Assembly (NCBI GenBank): GCA_038212325.1
Contig: JBBQUQ010000002.1
Span: forward strand, 1,961-65,960
From: Bacteroidales bacterium
Lineage (GTDB): Bacteria > Bacteroidota > Bacteroidia > Bacteroidales > FEN-979
Direction: 5' to 3'
Length of the DNA stretch: 64,000 bases
Shown: piece after piece, positions 10,061 through 19,157 of the stretch
Numbering within the stretch: position 1 is the first letter of the stretch
Layout: each line of letters opens with the position of its first letter
Translations under genes and position numbers: made by a program
The notes under the pieces: model-generated
What the model was told of the DNA's origin: nothing
Databases searched by the model: none
The model's input: the letters and a program-made list of their open reading frames with translations, nothing else

Positions 10061-10537
10061 TTACAGCCGTTTGACAAAAAAGACTTTCCCGTCTCCCTTT
10101 TTGTAGAAGTCGGCGATTTCCGCCTCTTTTGTATATCCGATCCGGTCGTAGAAATGACGTGTGGGGGAATATTTCTCCAGGGTTGATGTTTCTGCAATCA
10201 CAATCCGGCCGCCCATCTCCCGAATGATGCGGTGGGTCTCTTCGATCAGGAGATTGCCAATTCCTTTTCCGCGGCAATCGTTGTGGGTAGCGATCCAGTA
10301 TAGATCGAAACTCCCTTCGGTCGTTGCTATCGGACCGAAACAGGAATATGATACGGTTTTACCATTTTCTTCTGCAAACAGGAAATGGTAGTCGCTTTGT
10401 TCTCCAAGGTCGATCCTGTCCTGAACCAGTTCAACGGCAACAGGAACTTCAAAATCGTAAAAAAAACCGGAGGATATAATGATATCTCTCACTGTTTCAG
10501 CGTCCTCCGGACGCACTGCTGAACGAAAGGTGATCAT
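10061..10537 (-). CDS. GNAT-family N-acetyltransferase
   Basis: 158 aa. Motif A is HNDCRGKGIGNLLIEE. It is the last gene of the kamA operon. Confidence 0.8.
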   Translation of the reverse strand: MITFRSAVRPEDAETVRDIIISSGFFYDFEVPVAVELVQDRIDLGEQSDYHFLFAEENGKTVSYSCFGPIATTEGSFDLYWIATHNDCRGKGIGNLLIEETHRIIREMGGRIVIAETSTLEKYSPTRHFYDRIGYTKEAEIADFYKKGDGKVFFVKRL

Positions 10538-10579
10538 AATTTATTTCTTGGTTTTGTTTATACCCTGCCGGGATGCTGA

Positions 10580-11551
10580 TTATTGCCTGGTTGCATCTTC
10601 CAGTACCCGGGCAATCACCTCCTCAAAGGCCAGCCCCTTCTTTTTAGATGCGGCCATAAATCCTCCTGATTCAGAAAGACATGGGTTAAGGTTTATGTCG
10701 ATCACCAGCGGAACCGATTTCAAGGTCACCCTGAAGTCAATGCGCACGTAGCCTTTGAGCCCGAGTTCATTCCAGCATTTTTTACAGATCGCGATCAATT
10801 GTTGCTTAAGGGGGCCATCTTCTTTTCCCAGCCGGAACGTTCTGCGGGTGTGCGAATACTCGAATGATTTGTCGTCCCACTTTGACTTGTACCCCATCAT
10901 CTTGGGTTTTCCGGCGGGGTAATCGTGGAATGTCATTTCGGCAAGCGGAAGTACTTCAGGCCCGTTTGCACCATATAAGATGGAAATATTGAATTCACGG
11001 CCTTCAATAAACTCTTCAATAAAATAATGCTGCCGGCTTTTTCCACCGATCTGTTTGATGAACTCCTTATCCGAACCCATGAAAACGCAATCTTCATCCA
11101 GTTCAAGCGACCCCTCCTCCCAAATAGGTTTTACAATGTATTTCTTACCTGGCAATAGCTTATGGCATTCATCAAGAGAATATCCTTTCGGCGTTTTGAC
11201 ACCAATTGCGTTAAGCTCCTTTTTGGCAAGGTGTTTATTTGAACACTGAAACATCGGGACCAGCGGTGACCCGGTATACGGGATCCGTACATAGTTTAAC
11301 ACCGAATTGGCCATGAAGGTGAATTCACCTTTGTTTCCTATTGTTTCCGCGAGGTTGAATATTATATCCGGCCCAATCCGCTGAATCTGCCGGATGGCTT
11401 TTTTTAAATCCAGGTCTATCTGCAGGTATGTTACATCATATTTCAGGTTTTGCAGAGCTGTCGTAACGAGGTTTACCTGCTCGATCACATCAGCTTCGTC
11501 ATCCTTGGGGGTTTTTGATAATTTATTATAGAGGATCAATACTGTTTTCAT
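10580..11551 (-). CDS. ATP-grasp ligase, D-Ala-D-Ala-ligase-like (second copy)
   Basis: Segments KYIVKPIWEEGS, EEFIEGREFNISIL and RIDFRV...VIDINLNPCL (Mg-ATP site pattern). It is distinct in sequence from the neighbouring copy. Confidence 0.8.
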   Translation of the reverse strand: MKTVLILYNKLSKTPKDDEADVIEQVNLVTTALQNLKYDVTYLQIDLDLKKAIRQIQRIGPDIIFNLAETIGNKGEFTFMANSVLNYVRIPYTGSPLVPMFQCSNKHLAKKELNAIGVKTPKGYSLDECHKLLPGKKYIVKPIWEEGSLELDEDCVFMGSDKEFIKQIGGKSRQHYFIEEFIEGREFNISILYGANGPEVLPLAEMTFHDYPAGKPKMMGYKSKWDDKSFEYSHTRRTFRLGKEDGPLKQQLIAICKKCWNELGLKGYVRIDFRVTLKSVPLVIDINLNPCLSESGGFMAASKKKGLAFEEVIARVLEDATRQ

Positions 11552-11566
11552 GGAAGGAAATTATTG

Positions 11567-12547
11567 TTACAACAAACCTGTTCGTTTTCTTGCCGACAGC
11601 ATGATCTCATTAATGATCCTGTTAAAATCATAGCCATGCATGTATGCCAGGATAGGCAAATCGGAATGTACTTTGTCGAGGCCGGCCAATGGGTTCACCT
11701 CGATGAAATTCGGCTCTCCTAACCTGTCGGCCCTGATATCGACTCTCCCCCCATCGCGGCATCCAAGCACCTGCCATGTTTTTAAAGCCAGCGAAATGCA
11801 CCTCCCTGAAATTTCCGGTTCCGGCACTTGATATTCAACCGCTTTCAGGTAGTCGGATTTGGCCTGGTAGGAATAGATATTTTCCGCCCCCGCCGTTTTA
11901 TATAGAATTTCCATGATGCCGATGGAATAAGCCATTGAACCGGTGCCAAGGATTCCAACAGTAAACTCGCGTCCCGGAAGATACTCTTCAACCAGCAAGC
12001 CTGACGGATAGCGCGAAAGAAGCTCCTTGCAAACATTGTCCAGCTCTTCTGCGGTATTTACCTTCGACAAGGCATTGATCCCTTTGCCCGTTCCTTCGGC
12101 ATTGGGCTTTACAAACAATGGATACGGCAGGATGACTTCAGCACAATCTTCCATGTTTTCAATGATGGAAAAGCCCGGAGTGGCGATGCCCTGATCCCTT
12201 ACGACACGCTTGGTCATGCCTTTGTGCAACGTAAGCGACAGAACCAGTGGATCGGAAAAAGTATAGGGAATCCGGTACACATCAAGCAACGCAGGCACTT
12301 GCGCCTCGCGGCCGATACCATGCATTCCTTCGCAAATGTTGAAAACCATTTCCCATCGATCGCCGCGGGCAAGTCGTTCTACCAGGTGACGAACATGGCC
12401 AATGCGGTCGACCTGGTAACCAAGGTCGCGCAATGCCATTTCAATGGATTCAATGGTGCTTTCACGGTCAAATTCTGCAGTTTCCTCTTCGCTGTATCCT
12501 TCCCGACGGTAATCCGATCGCAGATCGTAGGTAAAGCCTATGGTCAT
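11567..12547 (-). CDS. ATP-grasp ligase, D-Ala-D-Ala-ligase family (first copy)
   Basis: Segments PLFVKPNAEGTGKGI, EEYLPGREFTVGILG and RVDIRAD...FIEVNPLAG, typical of the Ddl-like ATP-grasp fold. Confidence 0.85.
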   Translation of the reverse strand: MTIGFTYDLRSDYRREGYSEEETAEFDRESTIESIEMALRDLGYQVDRIGHVRHLVERLARGDRWEMVFNICEGMHGIGREAQVPALLDVYRIPYTFSDPLVLSLTLHKGMTKRVVRDQGIATPGFSIIENMEDCAEVILPYPLFVKPNAEGTGKGINALSKVNTAEELDNVCKELLSRYPSGLLVEEYLPGREFTVGILGTGSMAYSIGIMEILYKTAGAENIYSYQAKSDYLKAVEYQVPEPEISGRCISLALKTWQVLGCRDGGRVDIRADRLGEPNFIEVNPLAGLDKVHSDLPILAYMHGYDFNRIINEIMLSARKRTGLL

Positions 12548-12552
12548 GGTAA

Positions 12553-13824
12553 TTATTGGATAAAATCCGGATAGCGGAAGACTTTCTCCTCGTAATTCTT
12601 CAAAAGCACATAATCGTCTTCACGTCCGACAACATACTCCGGCAGCAGCGGGATCTTTCCCCCTCCTCCCGGTGCATCGACCACGTAGGTTGGAATGGCG
12701 TATCCGCTGGTATGACCGCGCAAGCCTTTGATGATCTCAAGCCCTTTCGCAATAGTGGTACGGAAATGGCCCGAACCGACCACCGGATCGCATTGATACA
12801 GGTAATAGGGGCGAACCCTTATTTTCATGAGTGCATGCAGCAGGTTTTTCATCACCTGAATATCATCATTGATCCCCTTCAGCAATACAGTCTGGCTTCC
12901 GAGTGGGATGCCTGAATTGGCAAGCCTTTCGCATGCTTCCTTAACCTCAGGGGTGATCTCGTCGGCGTGGGTAAAATGGATACTCATGTACAGCGGATGG
13001 TATTTTTTCAGCATGTTGACCAGCGGCCGTGTGATGCGTTGCGGAAGCACAGCAGGAACTTTGGTGCCGATGCGGATGATCTCGACATGCGGGATGCTCC
13101 GCAGCCGCGACAGGAGATACTCGACATGCAAATCGGGCATGGTAAGCGGATCTCCTCCCGATACCAGAACATCTCGAACCTCTTTGTGTTGCTCGATATA
13201 GTTCAGGCCCGCTTCCCAGGATTTTACGCCGATATGGCATTTGTTTTTCGCCACCATCCTCGTGCGGGTGCAGTAACGGCAATAAGTTGAACAAAATCCT
13301 GTTACCAGGAACAAAACCCGGTCGGGATAACGGTGAACAATATTCGGAACCGGGCTGTCATGCTCTTCCGATAATGGATCAGAAGCTTCACCCGAATGAA
13401 GAAGAAATTCGTCGAAAACAGGGACAACGCTCTTGCGCAAGGCCTGTTCAGGATTGTCTCTGTCAAGAAGGCTGATATAGTAAGGAGATATCCGCAATGG
13501 CAGCGACTGACGGTTTGCCACATCAGGCCTGACTTCGTTATCACTCAGATGTATGTACCTGGCAAGCTGTTCGATGCTCCGCGCGCTGTTCTTTATCTGC
13601 CAGTGCCAGTTATTCCAGTCTTTGACTGTAGCATCAGGAAAATACGTTTGCAAAAACGCCAAAGATCTTTCACTGACAGTGGCTTTATCGCGGTCGGTGC
13701 GTGACTTGAAATACTCGTCTAAGAGGGTTGCTTCGTCTATAAAGGTGGGCTGACTTGGGGGCTCTTCTTCTTCTGATAATTCTATGGGTGGGATAACCAG
13801 TTTTTCTGAAGGGTTCTTTTCCAT
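12553..13824 (-). CDS. kamA: KamA-family radical SAM aminomutase, lysine 2,3-aminomutase type
   Basis: CSTYCRYC cluster motif; YQCD and YVVDAPGGGGK segments (equivalents of Asp293, Asp330 and Lys337 of the Clostridium subterminale enzyme). ATG at 13824 (the track start at 13857 is TTG). Confidence 0.9.
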   Translation of the reverse strand: MEKNPSEKLVIPPIELSEEEEPPSQPTFIDEATLLDEYFKSRTDRDKATVSERSLAFLQTYFPDATVKDWNNWHWQIKNSARSIEQLARYIHLSDNEVRPDVANRQSLPLRISPYYISLLDRDNPEQALRKSVVPVFDEFLLHSGEASDPLSEEHDSPVPNIVHRYPDRVLFLVTGFCSTYCRYCTRTRMVAKNKCHIGVKSWEAGLNYIEQHKEVRDVLVSGGDPLTMPDLHVEYLLSRLRSIPHVEIIRIGTKVPAVLPQRITRPLVNMLKKYHPLYMSIHFTHADEITPEVKEACERLANSGIPLGSQTVLLKGINDDIQVMKNLLHALMKIRVRPYYLYQCDPVVGSGHFRTTIAKGLEIIKGLRGHTSGYAIPTYVVDAPGGGGKIPLLPEYVVGREDDYVLLKNYEEKVFRYPDFIQ

Positions 13825-13974
13825 TTGTGCAATTCTCGGTTTGGAGGTTAAATTCAACGATGCCCTCGGCCTGTTAAATAAATATTTAATTGTTTATGAA
13901 TCTGTTTATTATATTCAGCAAAGGGGTTCAATGAAACTGTCAAAATTCAATTGCAAATAGGGACAAAATTTCTG

Positions 13975-13982
13975 TACTTTTG
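13975..13982 (+). promoter_or_regulatory. candidate -7 box (TACTTTTG) for the alpha/beta hydrolase gene
   Basis: Exact TAnnTTTG, 55 nt upstream of the ATG at 14037. Confidence 0.35.
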
Positions 13983-14036
13983 ACACATCCTAAAGATTAT
14001 TTTTCAACAAAATTTTGTTAATAAACCAATGAAAAA

Positions 14037-14807
14037 ATGAAGTTGCATTGCCGGCAATTCGGAACTGGTCAGCCTGTGGTGATTTTGCATGGCTTATTTG
14101 GGCTTTCAGACAATTGGGTCACCTTTGGCCGGCAGCTTGGCGATCATTATTCCGTTTACATTCCTGATCTTCGTAACCATGGGCAGTCTCCACACAGCAA
14201 GGTGTTCGATTTTCCATCCCTTGAAAACGACCTTGTTGAAATGGTTGAAGAATACGGGTTCGAGAGCATCTGCCTGATCGGTCATTCGCTGGGCGGAAAA
14301 ACAGCAATGTATTTCACCCTTGACCATCCGCGGCTTGTTAAAAGGCTGGTCGTTGTCGACATCTCCCTTCGTAAATCCCCTCCCGGCCGCGATCATCAGC
14401 AATTGCTTAATGCCATGATGGCTGTAGACTTCAGTGTCGCAAAGTCAAGAAGCGATGTTGAAAGGCAACTGCACGACCAGGTGAAAAGTCCTGCACTGAG
14501 GCAGTTTTTACTGAAAAACGTTTACTGGCGCGATCGCCACAGCCTCGACTGGCGGCTAAACCTCCCTTCCATCAACGACAACCTGTTATCAATTTTTGAG
14601 GGGGTGGGTGCTGCAGGGGTTTATGAGGGGCCGACCTTGTTCATACGTGGAGGATTGTCGGAATATATTCGGGATGCAGACATCGCCGACCTGAAATTGA
14701 AATTCCCCGGGGCGGAGGTGAATACCATTGCGAATGCTTCGCACTGGGTTCACGCGGATGCGCCCGGGGAATTTTACAGCCTTGTGAAAAATTTCCTTGA
14801 CCGCTGA
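14037..14807 (+). CDS. alpha/beta-fold hydrolase (esterase YbfF-like)
   Basis: HGLFG oxyanion region, GHSLGG nucleophile elbow and a C-terminal SHWVH histidine. Confidence 0.85.
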   Translation: MKLHCRQFGTGQPVVILHGLFGLSDNWVTFGRQLGDHYSVYIPDLRNHGQSPHSKVFDFPSLENDLVEMVEEYGFESICLIGHSLGGKTAMYFTLDHPRLVKRLVVVDISLRKSPPGRDHQQLLNAMMAVDFSVAKSRSDVERQLHDQVKSPALRQFLLKNVYWRDRHSLDWRLNLPSINDNLLSIFEGVGAAGVYEGPTLFIRGGLSEYIRDADIADLKLKFPGAEVNTIANASHWVHADAPGEFYSLVKNFLDR

Positions 14808-15743
14808 TTAGTAGCGGTTAATTTCAATCTTCGAAATTGCGGTTTTGATCGTGAGGTAGATTTTATTTTTTCCGGTAGAGAAATTAGCTGTTTGATATAT
14901 CCCGTCTCCTTTTTTGGTGAACCCTTCGAACTCCTTGCTGATCATGAAGGATTCGGATTTGATCTGGCATCCCGATTCCTTTGGGATTTCAACTTTAATG
15001 GATGATGCGCCTGCATTGAATGTCATGACGGTGAGAGGGTTCTTGTCGCCGATTTTGATATCGATGGAGGATGCACCTGCATTGATGCTGGTGGTGTCGA
15101 TTTTATAATCTCTCAGGTCCATGAAGATTTCAGCAGCCCCGATATCAAAATCAAGATTCCAGAACGGCTTCTCGCTTAATTTAATATCGACTTTGTTTTC
15201 ACTGACCGAATGCCTGATGCCTGTTTTTTCGAGCGATAGATTGATTTGCTTCCGGCCATTGTCATCGGTCGAAGTCAGTGAGTAGTTCCCGATGTCGCCG
15301 GTTTTATTGAATGAAAGAAAATCGGAGGTTACCCCTTGAAGGTTAAAATTGCCTGCAGCAGCCTGGAGTTTTAAAGAGCCTTTCGTGACCAGTGAATCAA
15401 ATGGAACGCTCAGGTTCTGCGGCTGATAGTTGTATGTTGAACTGTCATCTTCAGCTTCCCAGTCTTTGTCGGAAAAGCCTCGGAAATTGTGCAGATGAAA
15501 CCACGACGACCTTTCGGCAATCCGGTTGAAAAAGATTACTGTGAGCGCCAGCACCCCAACAAGGGCTATGATTTTTATCCCGTCTTTAATGGGCAGGATG
15601 GAGATGCCCCAAAGGATCAGGATCAACGGCCAAAGGCTCCACAGGGTGCGAAATCCGAATTCCAATACGCCGAAATTATTTAGCATAAACAATATCCCGA
15701 CAGCGATCAGGATAATGGCCCAGAATACATGACGATATTTCAT
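14808..15743 (-). CDS. LiaF/DUF2154-like membrane protein with a beta-rich C-terminal domain (envelope-stress associated)
   Basis: The N-terminal multi-TM segment (FWAIILIAVGILFMLNNFG...WPLILILWGISIL) is typical of LiaI/LiaF-type domains. It sits directly downstream of a PspC-domain gene. Confidence 0.65.
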   Translation of the reverse strand: MKYRHVFWAIILIAVGILFMLNNFGVLEFGFRTLWSLWPLILILWGISILPIKDGIKIIALVGVLALTVIFFNRIAERSSWFHLHNFRGFSDKDWEAEDDSSTYNYQPQNLSVPFDSLVTKGSLKLQAAAGNFNLQGVTSDFLSFNKTGDIGNYSLTSTDDNGRKQINLSLEKTGIRHSVSENKVDIKLSEKPFWNLDFDIGAAEIFMDLRDYKIDTTSINAGASSIDIKIGDKNPLTVMTFNAGASSIKVEIPKESGCQIKSESFMISKEFEGFTKKGDGIYQTANFSTGKNKIYLTIKTAISKIEINRY

Positions 15744-15755
15744 TGATGCAGGGTT

Positions 15756-16283
15756 TTAGGATTGGTGAGTACTGCGATTCCTTTTTGTTACAGCATTGAT
15801 CAGAAGGCCGATCCCGATTACGATGAGGATTACCGGCCAAAGATCGCCAAAATTGATTTGCGGAATGAGTTCATCCGCCAGGAAAAGGGCCCCCAGTGTG
15901 ATGAGAACCAGTCCTCCGATCAAGCTGCCTTTGTTCCGCTCTTTTGTTTGTGCGATCGGGACTGATTTATAAGGGGCTGATTCAGCGTTCGCGTCGCCTG
16001 CAGTATAACCTGTCGCATCGGCGGTATAATCGGGAGATCCTGGGTTTTGAGGCTGGAAATCTGATCGCGCATGAGTTGCAGACGGCTGCACTCTGACCGG
16101 ATTTTCAGGGGTGACGATCCAGAGAACCAGGTAGATAAGGAACCCTCCTCCGCCAGCAAGGGTGAGTATAACAAAGGCCAGCCGGATGAGCAATGGATCC
16201 ATCACAAAATATTCGGCAAGGCCGCCGGCAACACCGGAAAATTTGCGATCGACAATGCTTCGGTAAAGACGTTTTGATTCCAT
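15756..16283 (-). CDS. PspC-domain membrane protein
   Basis: LYRSIVDRKFSGVAGGLAEYFVMDPLLIRLAFVILTL is a canonical PspC domain. Confidence 0.85.
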   Translation of the reverse strand: MESKRLYRSIVDRKFSGVAGGLAEYFVMDPLLIRLAFVILTLAGGGGFLIYLVLWIVTPENPVRVQPSATHARSDFQPQNPGSPDYTADATGYTAGDANAESAPYKSVPIAQTKERNKGSLIGGLVLITLGALFLADELIPQINFGDLWPVILIVIGIGLLINAVTKRNRSTHQS

Positions 16284-16349
16284 GATATTGATTATTTGAT
16301 TGATTTCCGGGGTTAGACGGTGCCGGCAGAAATAAGTTACATTGTTTGA

Positions 16350-17183
16350 TTACCCGGCTGGCACCTGTTTTTTCCGGTAGATCCGCGACGATATTGCAAG
16401 ACTCAATTCAAACAGGGCGTAAAGCGGAAACGCAACGACCATCTGACTGAAAATATCGGGGCTGGGTGTAATTACACCGGCGATGATCAGGATGCCGATC
16501 ATGGTATGTTTCCTGTATTTTCGCAGGTACTTGGGGGTAATGATGCCGATCCTGGTGAGGAAAAGGATTAAAACAGGGAGCTCAAACAGAAGCCCCATCA
16601 GGAGGGTCATGAGGGTGATAGAACTGACATAGGATGTCAGTGCGATCTGGTTGGTGACAGCGGCGCTCACGGCATAACCCCCCAGGAAATTGATCATCAG
16701 CGGCGCCACGATAAAGTAACTGAACAGTACGCCAACGATGAACAAGATTGAAATGATGCTTACGGCACCCCTTGAATTCCTGATCTCCTGGTCATTGAGG
16801 CCCGGCTTCACGAATCTCCACAGTTCCCAGAGCACATAAGGGAGTGCCAGAATTAACCCTGCAACCAGTGAAATGTTCATGTGCGCGGTAAATTGGCCGG
16901 CCAGGTTGATGTTGATCAGCTGGAATTGCGACGGATCGATGCACAGCGATGGCATCGAAACCCATTCGCCAAGCTTGCAGAAAGCACGGTAGGTGATGAA
17001 TGTTTTCGACTTCGGGGCAAGGATGATTTCATCAAACAGTACCTCCTTGAATGCAAAGGCAGCAATCGAAGTGACTAAAATGGAGATTACAATCCGCCAA
17101 AGTGTCCCGCGCAGTTCGTCAAGGTGTTCCCAAAACGTCATCTCCGACTGCTTATCCTGTTCAGGCGGGTGTTGTCTTCTCAT
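16350..17183 (-). CDS. tatC: twin-arginine translocase subunit TatC
   Basis: MTFWEHLDELR... and six TM segments of TatC type. I chose the ATG at 17183; another ATG lies at 17141. The track start at 17291 is upstream. Confidence 0.9.
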   Translation of the reverse strand: MRRQHPPEQDKQSEMTFWEHLDELRGTLWRIVISILVTSIAAFAFKEVLFDEIILAPKSKTFITYRAFCKLGEWVSMPSLCIDPSQFQLININLAGQFTAHMNISLVAGLILALPYVLWELWRFVKPGLNDQEIRNSRGAVSIISILFIVGVLFSYFIVAPLMINFLGGYAVSAAVTNQIALTSYVSSITLMTLLMGLLFELPVLILFLTRIGIITPKYLRKYRKHTMIGILIIAGVITPSPDIFSQMVVAFPLYALFELSLAISSRIYRKKQVPAG

Positions 17184-17279
17184 TTTATTTAAATATGGGC
17201 AAAGGTATTGATAAAAAAAATTCACCGGTTCATTTGTATTCAGGATATAATTTTGTATTTTTGAATAAATATATAACCC

Positions 17280-17540
17280 ATGGCTGAACAACGCGAAATA
17301 ATTCTTGAACAGATGCTCAAGGTTTTAAAGGATATTGAAACCAATACCTGCGATAAACAATTCTTCCCTGATACAAATCTCCTGGAAAAGAAACTTGACC
17401 ATATCATCGATCTGCACGAAAAAGAGATTGAGTTGCTGAAAGTCCTAGGCAACGATCGTTGCACCTGCAAAAAGAACAAGGCCAGGAAGCCGAAAAAGGA
17501 GAAGAAAGAAAAAAAGGAGAAGAAGGTTAAGAAGTCCTAA
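17280..17540 (+). CDS. hypothetical small protein with a poly-Lys/Glu tail
   Basis: 86-aa ORF with an ATG start, divergent from tatC. It ends KKNKARKPKKEKKEKKEKKVKKS. I recognise no family, so whether it is coding is uncertain. Confidence 0.4.
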   Translation: MAEQREIILEQMLKVLKDIETNTCDKQFFPDTNLLEKKLDHIIDLHEKEIELLKVLGNDRCTCKKNKARKPKKEKKEKKEKKVKKS

Positions 17541-18043
17541 TGCATTTGCCCGTGGCGGTAACGGTGTTTCATCTGCCCGTTCTGCATTGGACATCCGTAT
17601 AAATCACGGTAGAGGGCAGAAAGCCTTTGGGCCTGGTCGGGTGTGCAAACCCGCTTCAATGCACTGAATTGTTTAATGTTTTCCTTCTGGATTTTCATTT
17701 GCAATACAGCGAGTTGAGCGACAAAGGTATTTAATTGCAACGTATCGGGCGACTCCTTTTCCAGTTCTGTGAGGATGGATGCCCGCATCTCCTTGATTGT
17801 TGCCGCAATAGGCTCAGCTGATTCCGTATAAACCTTATTGATCGCAGTGACTTGCTGGTTTTGATCGGCCGATAGGTTCAATTCATCACGGAATGCAATG
17901 CATTGCTGCTCCTCAGGGGAACAACATGGGGCTGCTGCCGGTGGTTTTGAGAAAAGAAAAAAGCTGACCAGGGCCGATATGTTGATTGCCACCAGGATAA
18001 TCAGCACCCAGAAAATAAAACGGTTTCTGTGAAAAAAATTCAT
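17537..18043 (-). CDS. periplasmic Spy/CpxP-like (heavy-metal-sensor type) protein
   Basis: N-terminal anchor, an LTxxQ-like repeat (LNLSADQNQQV; CTPDQAQRL) and a Met/His-rich C-terminus (CPMQNGQMKHRYRHGQMH). It is the third gene of an ECF sigma module. Confidence 0.65.
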   Translation of the reverse strand: MNFFHRNRFIFWVLIILVAINISALVSFFLFSKPPAAAPCCSPEEQQCIAFRDELNLSADQNQQVTAINKVYTESAEPIAATIKEMRASILTELEKESPDTLQLNTFVAQLAVLQMKIQKENIKQFSALKRVCTPDQAQRLSALYRDLYGCPMQNGQMKHRYRHGQMH

Positions 18044-18047
18044 GGCG

Positions 18048-18497
18048 TTATTTGTTTATGATCAGTGTTTTATCTTCATCAACGAATTCTGAAATGAAGA
18101 GGTTTGATCTGAGGAATTCAATATTGTCTGACAGGTTTGCCGACTGGTTTGCGAGGGCATGCCCGTTTTTTGCGGTGTATGATCCGATGAGGGTACCACA
18201 CAGAAGGGCAACCGCGATTGTTACAGGCTGCAACACGCGAATCCATCGCGGCATGCTGCTGATACTTGACTTTTCAAATTTATTTTCAATATGTTGCAGG
18301 ATGCGTGTCGCTGCAAAGGGATTAGGTTCGGCTGCTTTTTCCAATTGAATAAGTGCGTCCAGTTTATTATATTCAACCAACAACTGGCCGCAGGCAGGGC
18401 ATGATGCTGCATGGTGCTCGAAGGAGTGATGTGATTCTGCAGGAAGTTTCCCCTCCCTGAAGTTCACGATCCCGGATTTAAAATCAAGACAGTTCAT
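18048..18497 (-). CDS. anti-sigma factor (zf-HC2 type), single-pass membrane protein
   Basis: N-terminal H-x3-C-x2-C pattern (HHAASCPACG), one TM segment, and a position immediately downstream of the ECF sigma gene. Confidence 0.7.
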   Translation of the reverse strand: MNCLDFKSGIVNFREGKLPAESHHSFEHHAASCPACGQLLVEYNKLDALIQLEKAAEPNPFAATRILQHIENKFEKSSISSMPRWIRVLQPVTIAVALLCGTLIGSYTAKNGHALANQSANLSDNIEFLRSNLFISEFVDEDKTLIINK

Positions 18498-18500
18498 GGG

Positions 18501-19082
18501 TCAGGTTTTTTGATATTCTGAAAATTGAGGCTTTAAATGTTTCTGAAGGTTGATCCGTGCCCGGTGAATCAGCGATTCAACGGCGGGCAACGCGATTTTC
18601 ATGATGTCGGCTATTTGCCTGTATGGCAGATCGTCAAACTTATTCAGCACAAAGGCGATTCGCTGGTTTTCAGGCAAACGGTTCACTGCTGCCTGCAGCA
18701 GTCTGCGATTTTCATTCTGTTCTAAATCATTTTGTGAAACAGATGGTTCAGGATCGGTCAAGTTTCCATGTGCACCCGGCTGTCGGAAAAGAGATTCAAT
18801 ACGCACCATTACTCCTTTTCGTTTTTGCTTCTTAACCATGTTAAGTGATTTGTTGACGGTAATCCGGTAAATCCAGGTTGAAAGCGAAGAAGAGTGCTTA
18901 AACGAATGCACCGAACGTATGATGTCGATGAAAATTTCCTGCGACAAATCCTCTGCATCTTCCATATTCCCGACAAAATAGCATGCGGTTTTAATAACCT
19001 CTCGCTGATATCGGGTCACCAGGTATTGAAAGGCATTGCGATCACGCCGTAGGATTCCTTCAACTAACTCCGGTTCTGTCAT
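18501..19082 (-). CDS. ECF-type RNA polymerase sigma-70 factor
   Basis: Region 2 (AEDLSQEIFIDI...STWIYRITVN) and region 4 (LPENQRIAFVL...YRQIADIM...VESLIHRAR). ATG at 19082. Confidence 0.9.
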   Translation of the reverse strand: MTEPELVEGILRRDRNAFQYLVTRYQREVIKTACYFVGNMEDAEDLSQEIFIDIIRSVHSFKHSSSLSTWIYRITVNKSLNMVKKQKRKGVMVRIESLFRQPGAHGNLTDPEPSVSQNDLEQNENRRLLQAAVNRLPENQRIAFVLNKFDDLPYRQIADIMKIALPAVESLIHRARINLQKHLKPQFSEYQKT

Positions 19083-19157
19083 GCTGGCTGGTAAAGTGGT
19101 AAAAGCCGGCAAATGCTTCAAAAGCAAGGTCTGCCGGCTTTAAAATGAAGGGTAGTT

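Noticed and set aside
12553-13824. KamA-family gene as EpmB (EF-P beta-lysylation) or as the first step of lysine fermentation
   Set aside because: No epmA or efp neighbour is present, and the protein is longer than typical EpmB. No kamDE, kdd, kce or kal genes are present. The operon partners are instead ATP-grasp ligases and a GNAT.
17460-17537. AAG/GAA-rich tract as another short tandem repeat array
   Set aside because: It is the coding sequence for a Lys/Glu tail (KKEKKEKKEKK). This is 3-nt periodic low complexity, not a 7-9-nt array like the others.
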